Source: Paraspadella gotoi
Taxonomy: Eukaryota; Animalia; Chaetognatha
Assembly: GCA_051294375.1 (NCBI GenBank)
Contig: CM119266.1
Span: 22,546,680-22,610,679, forward strand
Direction of reading: 5' to 3'
DNA length: 64,000 nucleotides
Position numbers and translations under genes: made by a program. The notes under the pieces were generated by a model. That model was not told the DNA's origin. It searched no databases and saw only the letters and a program-made list of their open reading frames with translations. How positions within the stretch are numbered: position 1 is the first letter of the stretch; every line of letters starts with the position of its first letter. This document shows positions 21,219-35,156 of this stretch, piece after piece.

Positions 21219-22263
21219 AGAGAGAGGGAGGAATAAGCGACAATTTAAAGGCAGAGGGAAAATATATCCCTTCCACAAACGGTGAATGTTTAAAAGCAAA
21301 ACTTGTGATGCCTGTAATTTTTATACTCCGTCGCCGGGATTGAACTCTTTCATTTTTACCCCCTGTCCTTTTCAGTGAACAGACAGCATCTGCTTTTCAA
21401 AGGCCATTCAGTCAGGCCATCTTCCAATTCCAGCCAACGCATCGTGAGAAAAAAAAAAAGAGAGAAAACAAAAAGAGAAAAAAAAATTCCCATCGCGACT
21501 GAAATCGAGCGGAAGAGATTTTCATTCACGATAAAAACCATTTTAATCGAAGACATCAACATGGGGGCAGAGCGGGAGGGGGAGCAGGGGAAGAGGGGGT
21601 TGAAATAGTGGGGTGGTAAGAGGTGGGAAAGCGTGGGGTAAGGGGCTGTGTTTATGGAAGGTGAAAGAGGGAAAAGGCGTCACGAATTGAGGCGTTTAGG
21701 TCGGATTGGGATACGAACCCAGAGACGAACGAATATCTAAAGAAAATGAGCAGAGAGTTGAAGCCAGAGGGTCTATTTAAAGTTTGGCTTTAAAGGTTGC
21801 AAACTACGAAAATTATAAAGTCGTTGACTGGGTTAAACCTTTTGTTTAAATATTTCAAGTCTTACAAAGTTTTACATATAATCTTGCCAAAAAACTTTTA
21901 CAAAAAAGAAAAAAATTCAAAAACTGTTTTTCACCTCATAAGTCTAAGGTTCCCTTCTTATCTCGTGTTCCCTCACCATGTTACGGCTCGCCAAATTTTG
22001 GTTTGCGTCTCGCGGTTTTTTCTTGCGACCGCTTCGGACGCGCCCTCTTTCTCCGTGGCGGTCTATTACGTCGTTGTCGGCGTCGTCGTCGTCGTGAATG
22101 GTCGTCGTCGTCGACGCCTACGAAAACGCGAACACCAAGAAATCTTTGGTTCGTCTTGGGTTCCGAATAGAAAAGCGGGAGAGAAGAGAAGAAGCGAAGA
22201 TAGGGATTAGAATGAAAGAAATGAAATATGTGGGAATAAAGGAGAGAGAGAGAGAAGAGAGAG

Positions 22264-22342
<79 letters not shown>

Positions 22343-23176
22343 GAAATAAAAGATGCTTGATGAAGCCTAAAAATTGGTGGTTGATAAAGAGTCGGCCGGT
22401 GCCGGTGATAACAGAGGGTAAAGGGAGACGAGACAACGAGGCCAATCTCGGAGACCTAAGGACGACGACGACAGACGACGACGACGACTGACGCCGAGAC
22501 GAACATGATTCGTTTAAAACGTCATTTCGAGCTCTTCTTTAACTACTCTTCGGCGTCGCGCGTGAAACCTCCCTTTCTTTTTTTCTTCTCTCGACTTCGC
22601 TCCTTTCCTCCTAAACCTCTCTTTTCTTTTTTTCATTCTGTTCGACCCTTCGCTCCTTCCTCTTCCTACCGCGCGCCTGACTTTATTAGAGGAGTAGTAA
22701 GGAGGAGGAAAGGCGTGAAGACTGGAATGGCGGGAGTAATTAAAATCCCGAAGTTTATATATTCACCCTAACTAAAATGATATAAGGTGGATCGTGTTGT
22801 ATATAATTACGAATCTATATTTCTTTTTCAAATCCGCTTTTTGTAGATTTTCACATTGACCTCCCGGCAAAACGGTCTATCGTCGAGAAGTGAGACTCTC
22901 CTTTTAAGACTCTCCTCAATATGTTTTTTTCACTCTTCTCACTTCATTCCGTTTTTGTCAGCTTCACTTAGTTCCTCTGTCTCACTTTCCAATCGGCCCC
23001 CCCCATCCTCATCCTCTCTCCCTCCCTGCTCGTCATCCACCGCCTCCAAAGCATCCGCCATTCTCTCGGGATTTCGAGAAAAGTTTGGGCGCAGGGCCAC
23101 CGGGAATGCACTTGAGAGACGAAGATTCCGAAATTTGCGAAACGAAAGAGAGCAGAGAGAGAGAGAGAGAGAGAGC

Positions 23177-23208
<32 letters not shown>

Positions 23209-24531
23209 TAAGAGATAAGAGAGAGAGAGAGAGAACGAGAAAGGGAAACATCAAAATAAGCGACTGAAATGTTGAAAATCTTAGCTTTCCGTCATTTTAA
23301 TATTTCGAAGCGGACAACCTCATAAACTTAAACGTGCCGAAATTAACTTAACTTGTCGAAACAAACATAAATTTTTTTTCCGAGTTAATATTCTAGGGTC
23401 ATTATTTGCGAAAAGCAGACACTTTAGCAAGTTTATTTTTGCCTAAATCAATCTCATTACTGGCTATAAACATTATGAGGTGAGTACTGATTTATGACAG
23501 TCGTTTCTGCATTGATGCTCGATATATTGGTTACGCTCCGAAGTCATTTGTCGTCTGCTCATCCATCTCCTTTTACCGACCCCGCCCCCTTCGCAGCAAC
23601 CATCTACCTAGAAAGAAGTCAGACGAAGAAATCATTACGCCCCCTCAACCTCCCTCACACCCGAACCGGTCCGCCCGCGCTTGCGATCCCTCGGACGGCG
23701 ATTGTCCACATTGTCTGGAGATGATGTTTCCCATATTCTGGGAGTTCGGCGGCGTCCCTTGACCCCCGGCGAATAGACGAGAAGAGCGAGGATTTCATTT
23801 GCATGCGACGGAGGTGGGTGAGAAGCGGGGTGAGGGTGGGAGTGGGCGTGGCGGTGGCGAGTCTTGGGGGGGAAAGAGGGGCGGCCCTGAAGCTTGAAGG
23901 GGCAGATGAGGGCGAAGAGGCGGGCGACGGCGACGAACGCGACCGCAGGACAGAAGCGGACGAAAGATGAAAAAAAAAGCAAATGGCGAATCTTTTTGAT
24001 GGAAAGCGGAAGAGAGTTCGTAGGAAATGGGGGATGAAAAAAGGAAATTATAGGGGGTGCAGAATAGAGACAAAAAAATGAGGGGCTTTGAAATAAGGCA
24101 ACGAGTAAGAAATAGGTATAGTATTGTACTACACATAATTATATTAGGCCTTGCCTATAGTTCAATTTGAAGTAGACTGAATGACTCCGTTACTTGAGAA
24201 CTTGCATATAAGATCTGAGAGAGGAAGTACTAATAAATTAACATGAGAAAATCAGAGGTGCCGATTCGGAATTAGATAAAATCTCTAGTCCGATCGTTAA
24301 GGATTATGAAATTACGATCAGCGTTTAACGACCCCTAGATTGGAAGATGGCGTCTCCATTGAAGAGGCCGTCGGTTACGGAGGGCGGTAACGACGCACTT
24401 CGATAAAGACGACGAATGACCAAAATTAATAAAGAAACAACACAGGAAAAATTATAAATATTTGGACAGAAAAGATTTAAATTATCGAAACTTTACTGCA
24501 ATGTCTCCTGAATTTACGAAAGTCGGGCCCT
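21050..24531 (+). repeat. Duplicated segment A, copy 2
   Basis: Matches 17350-20814 through to ...ttacgaaagt..ggccct and supplies sequence where copy 1 has Ns. Confidence 0.92.
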
Positions 24532-27500
24532 AACTAGTTTAAAAAAATTACCGCTTCCGACGGACACCACTAATTCGGTCAAGAATTTTTCCCTTATTCG
24601 ATTTCCGTGGCTCCAACGCGTTTTAGCACAAGAAAAGAGAAGAGAGAAAAAGAAAGAGTGAAACAAAAAATCCCGTAACAAGAAGAAATTCTTTTGTCTC
24701 GCGGTTTTACTGGCAATTCTGCCATTCGCGCAACTGGCAATCACGTTAACAATTTTCAAATCTGACATCGAGAGAAGATTTTTTTCCATTTCGTTTCGTT
24801 TTTGCGGTTGGATTCAGGAAAGAAAAGAAGAAAGAAAAAAAAAAGACAAAGTGACAGCAACAAGAAACAGACGCTCTTGGAAAAAGAGGAAAGAAAAAAG
24901 AAAATGAGAGAGAGAGAGAGAAAGAGATAGAGAAAAAAAAAGAAGATAGAGAGATAGAGAGTGAGAGAGAGAAAATGAAAGAGAGAGGAGACGCGCTTGT
25001 CTGTGCCTGGGGATGTTTTGACTTCTTTTCCAAGTTTTGTCACTTGAGAATTTCTCCCTACTTTCAATTCCGGGCTCTGAAAAATCCGCGTCTTTGTAAC
25101 TGATTCCGCGATAATCTTTCGTTATGCGAGAGATTACTGAGAAATCAAACATGGAATTGGGGGGGAGAAAGTTGGAACCGACGCTTGTAACGAGGTTGAC
25201 ATTTCAAAGAAGGATTTTTAGCTTCGGGGCGATGAGGGAAAACGAAATAAAAGGAAAAAAAAGTAAAATAGCAAATTGAACAAAATTCGGAAAATAAAGC
25301 TATAAGAAAACTTAGAAAGAAAAAACTAGAACGAAATTAAAAAAAGGGAATAGAGGGAGAGATCGAAATAAAAAGCTCTCATTGTCAAACCGGTACAAGT
25401 AAAATATGGAAGTTTGGATTTCATTTCCGGTATCAAATAAAAGTTTCGCTCGCTGTTAAATAAAAATCAGGTGAAACTCACATTACTAATCAAAATATTA
25501 TTTGCATATAGCAGTATTTTTACTCTTAATGCTTATTCAAATAAATTTTTTTACAGGTGACCAATGTTTTAATTTTATACCATTTTACGTTTCATATTTA
25601 GCTTTTATTTTTATTAATTAATTTTATTTTATTATCAGTGATACTACGTTATAAACTACACAATAGATCTCGTTAGTTGTTTTTCGAACCGCTAGGATCG
25701 AATCGATCGAAAACTGATAAAAGCAGCTCAGATATTGTTTTCGTTCGATTACACTAGGCCATTTGGCTATGATTTTTGTTGACCCTCAATGTAGGGTTAG
25801 TAATCCTTATGATTGGTAAATTGACTTCGAGTATTTCTTTCACTAATGACCGAGTGGGGTGATTGGTGAATGAATATGTGGAAAAGAAAGTCGAATATTA
25901 ACGGCCTTTTGCTCAACTCGTGGCGACAATCTTCATCATAGGGAGTTCGAAGAGAAATATAATACAGAAAATCTTTTTTTCTTCTTCTTCTTTCTCCTTT
26001 TACAAAGTGGTGAAGAATTTTTGGAATCTTTTATTCTTTCGTGAGAGACTCCTTAAGAGGACGAGGAGGAGGAGAGAAAACCAAGAGAGGGAGACAAAGA
26101 AAAAGAAGAAAAAAGCGACGAGAAGGAGAAGAAGAAAGGGAAGAAAAAGAAAGAGAAGAGAAAGAAAGAGAAGAAAAAGAAAGAAAAGAAAAAGGTGACG
26201 AGAAGGAGAAAAAGAAAGAGAGGGAGAGGAAAAAGAAATAGAAAAAGAAAAAGGCGAGGAGAAGAAGAGTCCGGAGAATTCATGCGAAAAAAATTTGAGG
26301 CGGAGTCGGACGGGAGTGGAGACTGACGCCACGGGGTTGGAGGAACCGCCGAAGGGACGTTCCACCCACAATAGATGGTAGGGTGGACGGGGGAGGAAGA
26401 GACAGGCGCCCGCCCTCGGGACGGCTCCCGTGTGTAGTGCGGCAATAGCTTCGTTGGGCCCGACGGGCGTGGCCGTGGAGTGGTGGTCGGGACAGTGTGA
26501 GGAAGAGGCCGCGATAGATTAAAACAGATGGGGGAGAGTTCGTGGAAAATAATAAAACTTTTTATCTTTCCATCGTCCCGATTGTCACAGTACAATACAA
26601 TAAGTACATCACTCTTGTTTAATATTTTGTTTGATATTTTTCACCTTTGACTTCAAATTTCCTTAATTCTAATGGTATAAATGGATGAAAGCACTGAACA
26701 GTATATTAGTCTCACTTAAATCCTTTACTTGTAATATCAACTCAGTCATAGAGTAACAGGCAAATAAAAACAAACATAACAATTCCTTCTCTTTATTTTC
26801 AAAAAAAAAAAAAAAACAAAAAATCTCGATGAAAGATTAATGGCTCCGCGGTAGCAATAATAATTTTTTTTTAATCTTTCTCTATCCTTTCCTGCCCCTG
26901 CCCCCTCCCCTTGTCCTCTAGCGCGGTCAGATGGCGCGTCTTTAAACAAAATATCTACACTTCCAAGCGGAAACCAGATTGGCGCTTGCAAAACAAACAG
27001 CAAGACTAGAGCCATCCGAGCGAGAGAGAGCATCTGACGAAGAGACGATTGAGAGAGACGAGAGTAGAGGAGAGATGACGACGACGAGAGAGGAGAAAGA
27101 ACTGAGGAGAGCGACGACGAAGAGACAGAGAGAGAGGAGAGAGAGATTCGTGAACCACGCTCGCTGGAACTTTAACGCCTTTGAACTATAACACTAGGGA
27201 CACACTCACGCGCGTCTCGACCGGCCGAGGACGACGGCGCCTCATGCATATTCATCCGGCGGCATGTTCGGTGTCGGTGCATGCGAAACGCGACCCCGCG
27301 GGCTTTGAGGATGAGGCGCCTGCGCGACGGGAACGAGACCGGAGCCTGATGCGAGAAGATGCGACGACCGGTTCGCCACGCAATGGCGTCGCGGAAGGAC
27401 GATGGCACATCGAGATGGGTGCGCGTCAGCGGGGAGTGAAAACTCATAGAACGCGCACCGGGATAGGCAGAAGGCGAGAGCATACAAGGAATGGCTGACT

Positions 27501-28373
27501 ATACAAAATAAAATTGATGGATAAAATCTGTAAGGCTCCAAAAGACNNNNNNNNNNNNNNNNNNNNNNNNNNNNNNNNNNNNNNNNNNNNNNNNNNNNNN
27601 NNNNNNNNNNNNNNNNNNNNNNNNNNNNNNNNNNNNNNNNNNNNNNNNNNNNNNNNNNNNNNNNNNNNNNNNNNNNNNNNNNNNNNNNNNNNNNNNNNNN
27701 NNNNNNNNNNNNNNNNNNNNNNNNNNNNNNNNNNNNNNNNNNNNNNNNNNNNNNNNNNNNNNNNNNNNNNNNNNNNNNNNNNNNNNNNNNNNNNNNNNNN
27801 NNNNNNNNNNNNNNNNNNNNNNNNNNNNNNNNNNNNNNNNCCTCTTTCTTCTTCCTCCAAAAGCAGAGGACAGTTCCTCCACTCAGCCAGATTATTTTTT
27901 ACGATCCTTTCCTCCCTCCACTTTTTTTTTATCATTTATTCCCTGCCTCCCATTATTCTGATTCGTGGCCGAGAAAAANNNNNNNNNNNNNNNNNNNNNN
28001 NNNNNNNNNNNNNNNNNNNNNNNNNNNNNNNNNNNNNNNNNNNNNNNNNNNNNNNNNNNNNNNNNNNNNNNNNNNNNNNNNNNNNNNNNNNNNNNNNNNN
28101 NNNNNNNNNNNNNNNNNNNNNNNNNNNNNNNNNNNNNNNNNNNNNNNNNNNNNNNNNNNNNNNNNNNNNNNNNNNNNNNNNNNNNNNNNNNNNNNNNNNN
28201 NNNNNNNNNNNNNNNNNNNNNNNNNNNNNNNNNNNNNNNNNNNNNNNNNNNNNNNNNNNNNNNNNNNNNNNNNNNNNNNNNNNNNNNNNNNNNNNNNNNN
28301 NNNNNNNNNCTTCATCCCCTTTAATCCTTTTATTTTCCGGTGGCTTGCGTTTGTCTTTTTATTTTTTTTTCTC

Positions 28374-28432
<59 letters not shown>

Positions 28433-30023
28433 TTCTCTCTCTCTGTCATCCATTGTCTTTTGGTCAGGTCCTAATCTCTCTCTGGCTAGCGAGAGAGTGA
28501 GTCAGTGACGCGACGTGCGTTTATCGCTGTAATCCTTTAATTACACGCCCTCAAAATTCCGAAACGCTCGTTCGGGGCCGCGCTGCAATTCGTATGAGCG
28601 ATAATTTAAATCAAATGCTTAATTTGAATCTTTAAAATGTAAAATTTAAAAAAAAATTATTTCTTGTCGATAAAATTAGATTCAGGTCTGCTCATAGTTC
28701 AAGAATTAAAATAATTAATTATCGACTTCATAAACGAGAAAATTTTCTCGATGAAAAGTCCCGTGATTTAGGTCAAACCATCTCTTTGCAAATGAGATTA
28801 AAACGCGAGCCTCCTGTCCTAAAAATTTACGCGTTTTTTTTTTCCCGATCGTGAATATTCATGGAAATTTTGCGGGAAAAATCTGAGTTGGCCGCGATGG
28901 CGAATAAAAATCCGGTTCGTGAAAAAGGAGGAAAGTGAAAAAAAGCGGTGAAGCGAATGTGAAGTGGATGGAGTGTGAATCGGAGTGAAAGTGAAGAAGG
29001 AGACACGCTGAGTGAGGATTGAAAGGGAATCGAAAGGTCGTGAACGTGACCCACCCATTTTGGTGAGGTATTGTTAAATATCGGTTCGAGTTAAAATCTT
29101 TAAGTATGTTTATATCTCTTTTTGACTACCTTTAAACTATTTTTTTGTTTTATATTCTTAAATAAGCTAAATAAGTTCATCTCCGACTTTTCTCGTGTTG
29201 GTTGCAAGAGAAGCGTGCCATTTTGAGTAAAAAAATTGCAAAAAAAAATCAATATCAAGAGAGCGAGATAAACAGAAAGAGAGGGAGCGTAAGAGAGAGA
29301 GAGAGAGATAGAGCCAGCGTACTCGGGCGATGATTTACAGCGAAGTTTTAAAGAGGCGGCCCGATCGACGGCGGAGAAGGGATAATCGCCTTTGGATTAC
29401 ATTTGCCCGTCGCGTAAAAACCGTCGGGCTGGGCGGGCAACCCGGCGGGTGGCTTAAGGGGCGGGACGAGAAGGATTAAGGACGAGGGGGAGGGTGAGAA
29501 AAGCAGAGATGATCCAAATCCGACAGACGCAACAAAGAGAGAAAAGAAATAAAAGAAACCGGAGAAGCTATAAAAGTTAAGACGGCGGATAATCTTTATT
29601 TTCATCCCGATCTCTTTTTTTTTCTGTTTTTGTAGTTGCCTTTTGTTTCCCTTTTGTTTTCTTTCCTTTTGTTTTCGTTTTTCTCTCTTACAATAAAAAT
29701 GTTCAGATGACGTTGACGTGAGTTTACGGGGCGGTTAAGAGGGGGCGTGGGTATAGGGGGTTGGACAAAAAAAAGACGGATCGAGGGAAAATGAAGGGGA
29801 TTAAGATAAGACGGATGACGCTTGCGACCGTCAGGGGTCTCGTCATTCGTTTCCGGAGATCGAAGATCGATCCTCATTGGGGCGATTGATATGAGAGGAT
29901 TTTTTTTCGCGTTTCAAGATAAATACGTATATTGTATAATGTATAATGCATATCGAGATATAAATTTCAAAAGAAATACGTAGAAAATAAATAGGAGTGC
30001 AACAGAATTGATAACAATTAGAG

Positions 30024-30078
<55 letters not shown>

Positions 30079-30338
30079 TCTCGCTCCACCGACTCCGACG
30101 CCCACGACACTTCCCGCTCCAACAAACGGAACCGTTTCACAGCGGGATGGAGTTCTCCCGAGTCGGAGAGTCAGCGAGTGAGAGACTCGGACAGAGAGAG
30201 AGACAGGATCCGAGAGTGTTCATGCGAAAATGGACTTCGTTTCCGAGAAAAATTTTAATCAGCCTTACTTAGTTTAATTAACGAATACATTCTCTGTTTG
30301 TCCTGCTTTGCCGTATATCCTATATATTCAATTATTAT

Positions 30339-30441
30339 TCATTCATTCATTCATTCATTCATTCATTCATTCATTCATTCATTCATTCATTCATTCATTC
30401 ATTCATTCATTCATTCATTTCTTTATACATTCATTCATTCA
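30339..30441. repeat. (ATTC)n microsatellite
   Basis: About 20 perfect attc units plus a degenerate tail. Confidence 0.95.
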
Positions 30442-31398
30442 CTTCTTTATTAATCATTTCGTTTATTTCGTAATTACTGTATGTAAAGCACGTTCTTTTT
30501 CTGGTTTTAAATGGAGCGGGTGAGACAGACATTGTCAGACAATAAGAGAGAGTGAGAGAAAGAAAGAGAGAAAGAGAGAACAGAAGGAGTTGGACTGACA
30601 TTGACTCTGACGCGGAATGACAAGACGGTTGCCGCTTCTTGCGAATCGATCCGTGTTTTTACGCGCGCACGCGCATTCGTTTCCTCTCGGACGCGCAATT
30701 ACGGCGTTCGCCTCCTCTTCTCTTTCTCGCTGCCCCACTTTTTGTCTTCATCGCTCATCCCAGCGCCGCAGTCTTTATTCTTTGACCCCCGGAAGCTCGT
30801 AGCCTTGCAATATTTTTTTTTTCACTGGATCCTGACTTTCCCAAGAAGTATTGAAAGAACTACATACTGCTTTTAGAGAAATGTACACTGTGGAACTTTA
30901 CTCTCTATACATTACTAAGTCATTGTCTTGCCAACTTCGAACCCAGAGAGATGTAATGAAATCATTTGCAGAAATGTTGCTGTCGCCCTTCGAAATGGCC
31001 CCACTAGATGGGTTCTCTTTCCGTCAATATTTCTAAAGATATTACTTATAAAAATTAAAATAAACGAGGTTAAAAGATACCGCTTATCGGAAATGGCCTT
31101 TGGGGATTTTTTTCATATATATCGAGTTAACCTTGAAAATAATTCTAATCGTCCTATAAAATAATTCAAATACTCTTGAAATTATTTTTTTTTAATCGAA
31201 GATAAAAACTGGAACGAAACCGTAAATCGAGTTATTTGTAATTAGTTATATGTATAATATGAGAGAAGAAGAAAGAAATTCTGTCTCTTTAAACTCGAGA
31301 GAATTTCGTGCCAAATAAAAAATAAAAAAAGAAAAGTCAAACACTGAAAACGGAAGGAAAAAAATCGAGCCTCGGTTTTTTCCAATAACCAATATGTT

Positions 31399-31446
<48 letters not shown>

Positions 31447-31860
31447 GCGCATCTTTTCCCGCCAAAACACATCTTTCCTCCCTCTTTCTTACACGAGGGA
31501 GGGAGAAAATATTGAGCGGTGAAAAAGGAGTGGCTCCCTTTACAACCGAGAACGGAGCTAAACTCAACTTTATTTTCTGTTTTATTGGCAATCGGGGTTC
31601 GCCAAAGGACGCCTCCGTCGAAGCCGAAGACGCCGCCCGAGAATCTGCCGATGGCGCCGCCGTATGCCGTCGCCGCATGCCGACGCCGCATGCCGCCGTC
31701 GCCGCCGCCAAACACGAGCGAGAAAGCATCTTTTATAGTATCAAAATACCCTCCGGACGAAAGGAGAAGAGATGAGAATGGAATAAAAGAAAAAGGAGGA
31801 GGGTGAGAAGTAGAAAAGAAAGGAAACTAAAAAAGAGTTAAGAGAGAGAGAGGAGACGAG

Positions 31861-31938
<78 letters not shown>

Positions 31939-32810
31939 AGAAAAAATTTTCATCATTTGGTTTTTTTCTTGCGGAAAATTCTCCGCGTCTCCAACGTAAT
32001 TTGAGTTGGCGAGAATTCCTCTCTCTCTTCTCCTCTCTCTCTCTTCCTTCTCTCTTCCTCTTCTCTCTCTCCTCTCTCTCCTCTCTCTCTCTCTCTCTTC
32101 TTCCTCCGTCCTCGGCGCTCACACTCGTCTCGTCCTCGCCTTTCTCCTCGCGTCTCTCCTCCACTCATCGTCCTATTCACTTCCTCGCGTCAATCTCTCA
32201 CCCCTCTCTCCTCTCTCTATCTCATTCCTCAAAATTTAAATCCGAAGAAAAGGTAGAAAAATATCCAAAGAAAGTCGAGGTATTACTTTCGATTTTTTAA
32301 TTTTTTTCTATTTTTATCGGAATTAATCAGTGGTTTCGATCGGTCCGAATAATTCACTTTTTATGGGCAGATTTATTGCTTTTTTACATTAAATTGTTAA
32401 TATATTGTTTATTATATTGCGTTTACTATTTAGTACTTAGACGTTTATTACTTTCTCCTTAACGCGTTTTTTTTTGTCCCGAGGCACAAAAACTGGATAA
32501 CCGGCGATTCTCTTAAAAAAAGAGATCCCGAAATGCGGACTCAAAAGAGGGGAACTGAAGAAAAAAAGGCTTTAAAGGAGAGAGTCACCCCCGCTGCTCA
32601 AAAAAAATTGAGTAGAAATGAGAGAGAGAGAGAAGAGAGAGAGGAGAGAGAGAGAGAGAGAGAGATAGCAGAGAGAGAGAGAATAAAAGAATCCGAGGCA
32701 CATAAATCTTCTAGTCATGTTTGGCAGTCAGATGAACTACATCACCAAAGGGGCTTTAGAAGGACCCCGAGAGAAAGACGCGAGGGCGTGCGGCGGCGGC
32801 GAAGAACCGA

Positions 32811-32967
32811 CCAATCAGCGGCCGAGGACGAAGAAAAACGAGCCAATGAAAAACCCGTCCCGGGAGATAAGAGGGAGGGTGAAGAAGAGAGGGAGGAGGT
32901 GGAGAGGCAGGGTTTGAACGCCAGTCTGGAAATCCCCGGGAGAGAGAGCGAGAAAACGAATATAAAA
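32811..32967 (+). promoter_or_regulatory. Promoter-like module: two CCAAT boxes 32 bp apart plus TATAAAA
   Basis: ccaat at 32811 and 32843; tataaaa at 32961. Confidence 0.3.
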
Positions 32968-35028
32968 GGACTGCGTATGAGTTTTGTATGAATGAATAGT
33001 GACGATGGATGTATAAGAATATATATAATAAAAAGACAAACTGGCTCTTTATTAATTCGGTGTTTCAATCTCCTCTTCAATTATCATTGGAACTGGAATT
33101 TAAATTCTCCGCTAATCGAATATGGGTATCACCATGCATGATCCTATGTCGTATGTACTTATTCACTGCAGGCCCTAAATGAAATTACACTGAAAACGAC
33201 CAAACAAAATCCTAAACAAAACATTCACTAAGAAATATGCTTTATAATTAGAAAAAATATTTAAATATAACCTTATATTAAAATCGAAAATGAAATTTCG
33301 GAAAGAACCCGGGCTCAGGTTTTTGTTTTCCCCTTCGTTCTTTTCGAATCGAGAAATTTCGTTCTTATTTTAATGCAAAATTCGTGTTATTCGTGAAATG
33401 ACGCACAGATGGGGCGTCGTGGCGGAATAGAACGCCGGCAGGAGCAATAAGGGGTAACCGATGCTGATAATACAGGCGGGTTAGGATATATGGGATTTTG
33501 TTTTTTTTTTTTAATTTCACTATTATTTTTTAATTAATATCAAAAATAATGTCTATGTCTGTCAGTTTGCTTCCGTCTTTCTCTCTCTCTCTGTCTGCCT
33601 TTCTCTATGTCGGTTTGTCTTTTTGACTGTCTGTCTGTCATTCTGCCATCTCCCAATTTAGATTTCAATATCATAGCCGAACCTCGCATTGTGCTAGTAT
33701 CGTAAAATGGCATCATAGTTTATTATATGAACGAAATAAGTAAACGGTTTTTTTTTTGTTCACGGTCATCCTATCTGCGGCGATGGAGCTATTGTTTTTT
33801 TTTCTGCTTTTTGTTTTTTTTTTAGACGAGCTACGTGAAGAAAGACGACGACTTTGTTTGAACCGATGCCTCAGTTTTTTTTCTTCTCTCTCTCCTTCTC
33901 GTCTTATCTTTGGAGATGACAGTGAAGGATATTGAAAAAAAAATATGGAAAGAAAGGAGAGGGTGGCGTCTCCTGGAGACCGGAGTGACGTGCCATGACG
34001 TCGCTAGGCAACCAGCCAAGGAAACATTTTCATCTGTTATGATAAAAAGCGTACGGGAAATGAGGAGCGAAGAGAGAGAGAGAGAGAGAAAGAGAGAAAG
34101 AAGAGAGACGAGAGAGAGAGGAGATGAGAGGAGAGAGAGAGAGAGAGGAGAGAGAGATGAAGATCGGCCCCGATTTTACGAACTATACGGAGAAGATAAA
34201 AGAAGCCAAGTTTGAGAGAGAGATTTAAAGAGAAGAGAGAGAGAGGGAGAAGAGAGAGAGAGAGAGAAGAGAGGGGAGAGGATGATTGCCTTTGACTAGT
34301 TTTTTAAGAAAAAAGTGAAAGGAACGGTAAGAGGAGTAGGCCGAAGAGGAGGAAGAGGAGGAAGAGGAGGAGGATGAGGACGAAGGAGGTCGGGTTCTGA
34401 AAAGTTGGAGCGTATAAATCATTTTCCGTATGACATGAATATAATAGCTCTTGTCGTCGGGTGATAGACCATCTCAACGAGGAGGACGAGGTGGACAAGG
34501 AGGAGGAGGAGGAGGAGGAGGAGGAGGAGAACGAAGGGGTTGAAAATGAAATATACGAGGGCAATATTAAAATTGAAATATTAAAATTTCATATTACTCT
34601 ATACGGAAAATATAAGGTTATTTATAATGAGAGGAAATACTAACCCGGCGCGTATGAGATCCCCCACTTTGGCTTCGGGGCAAAGAAAACAAAGTGGCCA
34701 AGAGTCAATTCAGAAATAATTAATCTCTCTGGTTTTTTTTTCTTTTCCCCAAAGTCTTTCTTCGCGCTTCTTATATCTAAATCTTTACTTATCTCTTTTT
34801 ACTTATCTCATCCTTAATTTTTTTTTTGATACTCTTGAACTGTCGAGTTTTGGTTTCAAATCATTTAATTTTAGTTTTGTCTCTCTCTCTTTCGCTTTTT
34901 CTCTCTCTCTCTCTCTCCCTCCAAAGTTGACATTTGGCTCCTCCCCACGCATCAACTTTTGAAAGTGCTACATCATCCCCGGGTCACCGACGTCGTCGTC
35001 CTTCCTCGGGTAATATTTCCGGCCTCTG

Positions 35029-35156
35029 ATTGGTCGATCGACAACGGACTTCTCTTCTCATTGGCGGATTTCCTACCCAGAATCCACGTCGCCAAAGGTC
35101 GCCGTCCGATTGGCTGTTAATTGTCCTCCCGACGGCCGATGATTGGATCTAATTGG
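35029..35156 (-). promoter_or_regulatory. Cluster of five same-orientation CCAAT boxes (NF-Y-like array)
   Basis: attgg at 35029, 35060, 35109, 35142, 35152 (spacings 31, 49, 33, 10). Confidence 0.4.
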
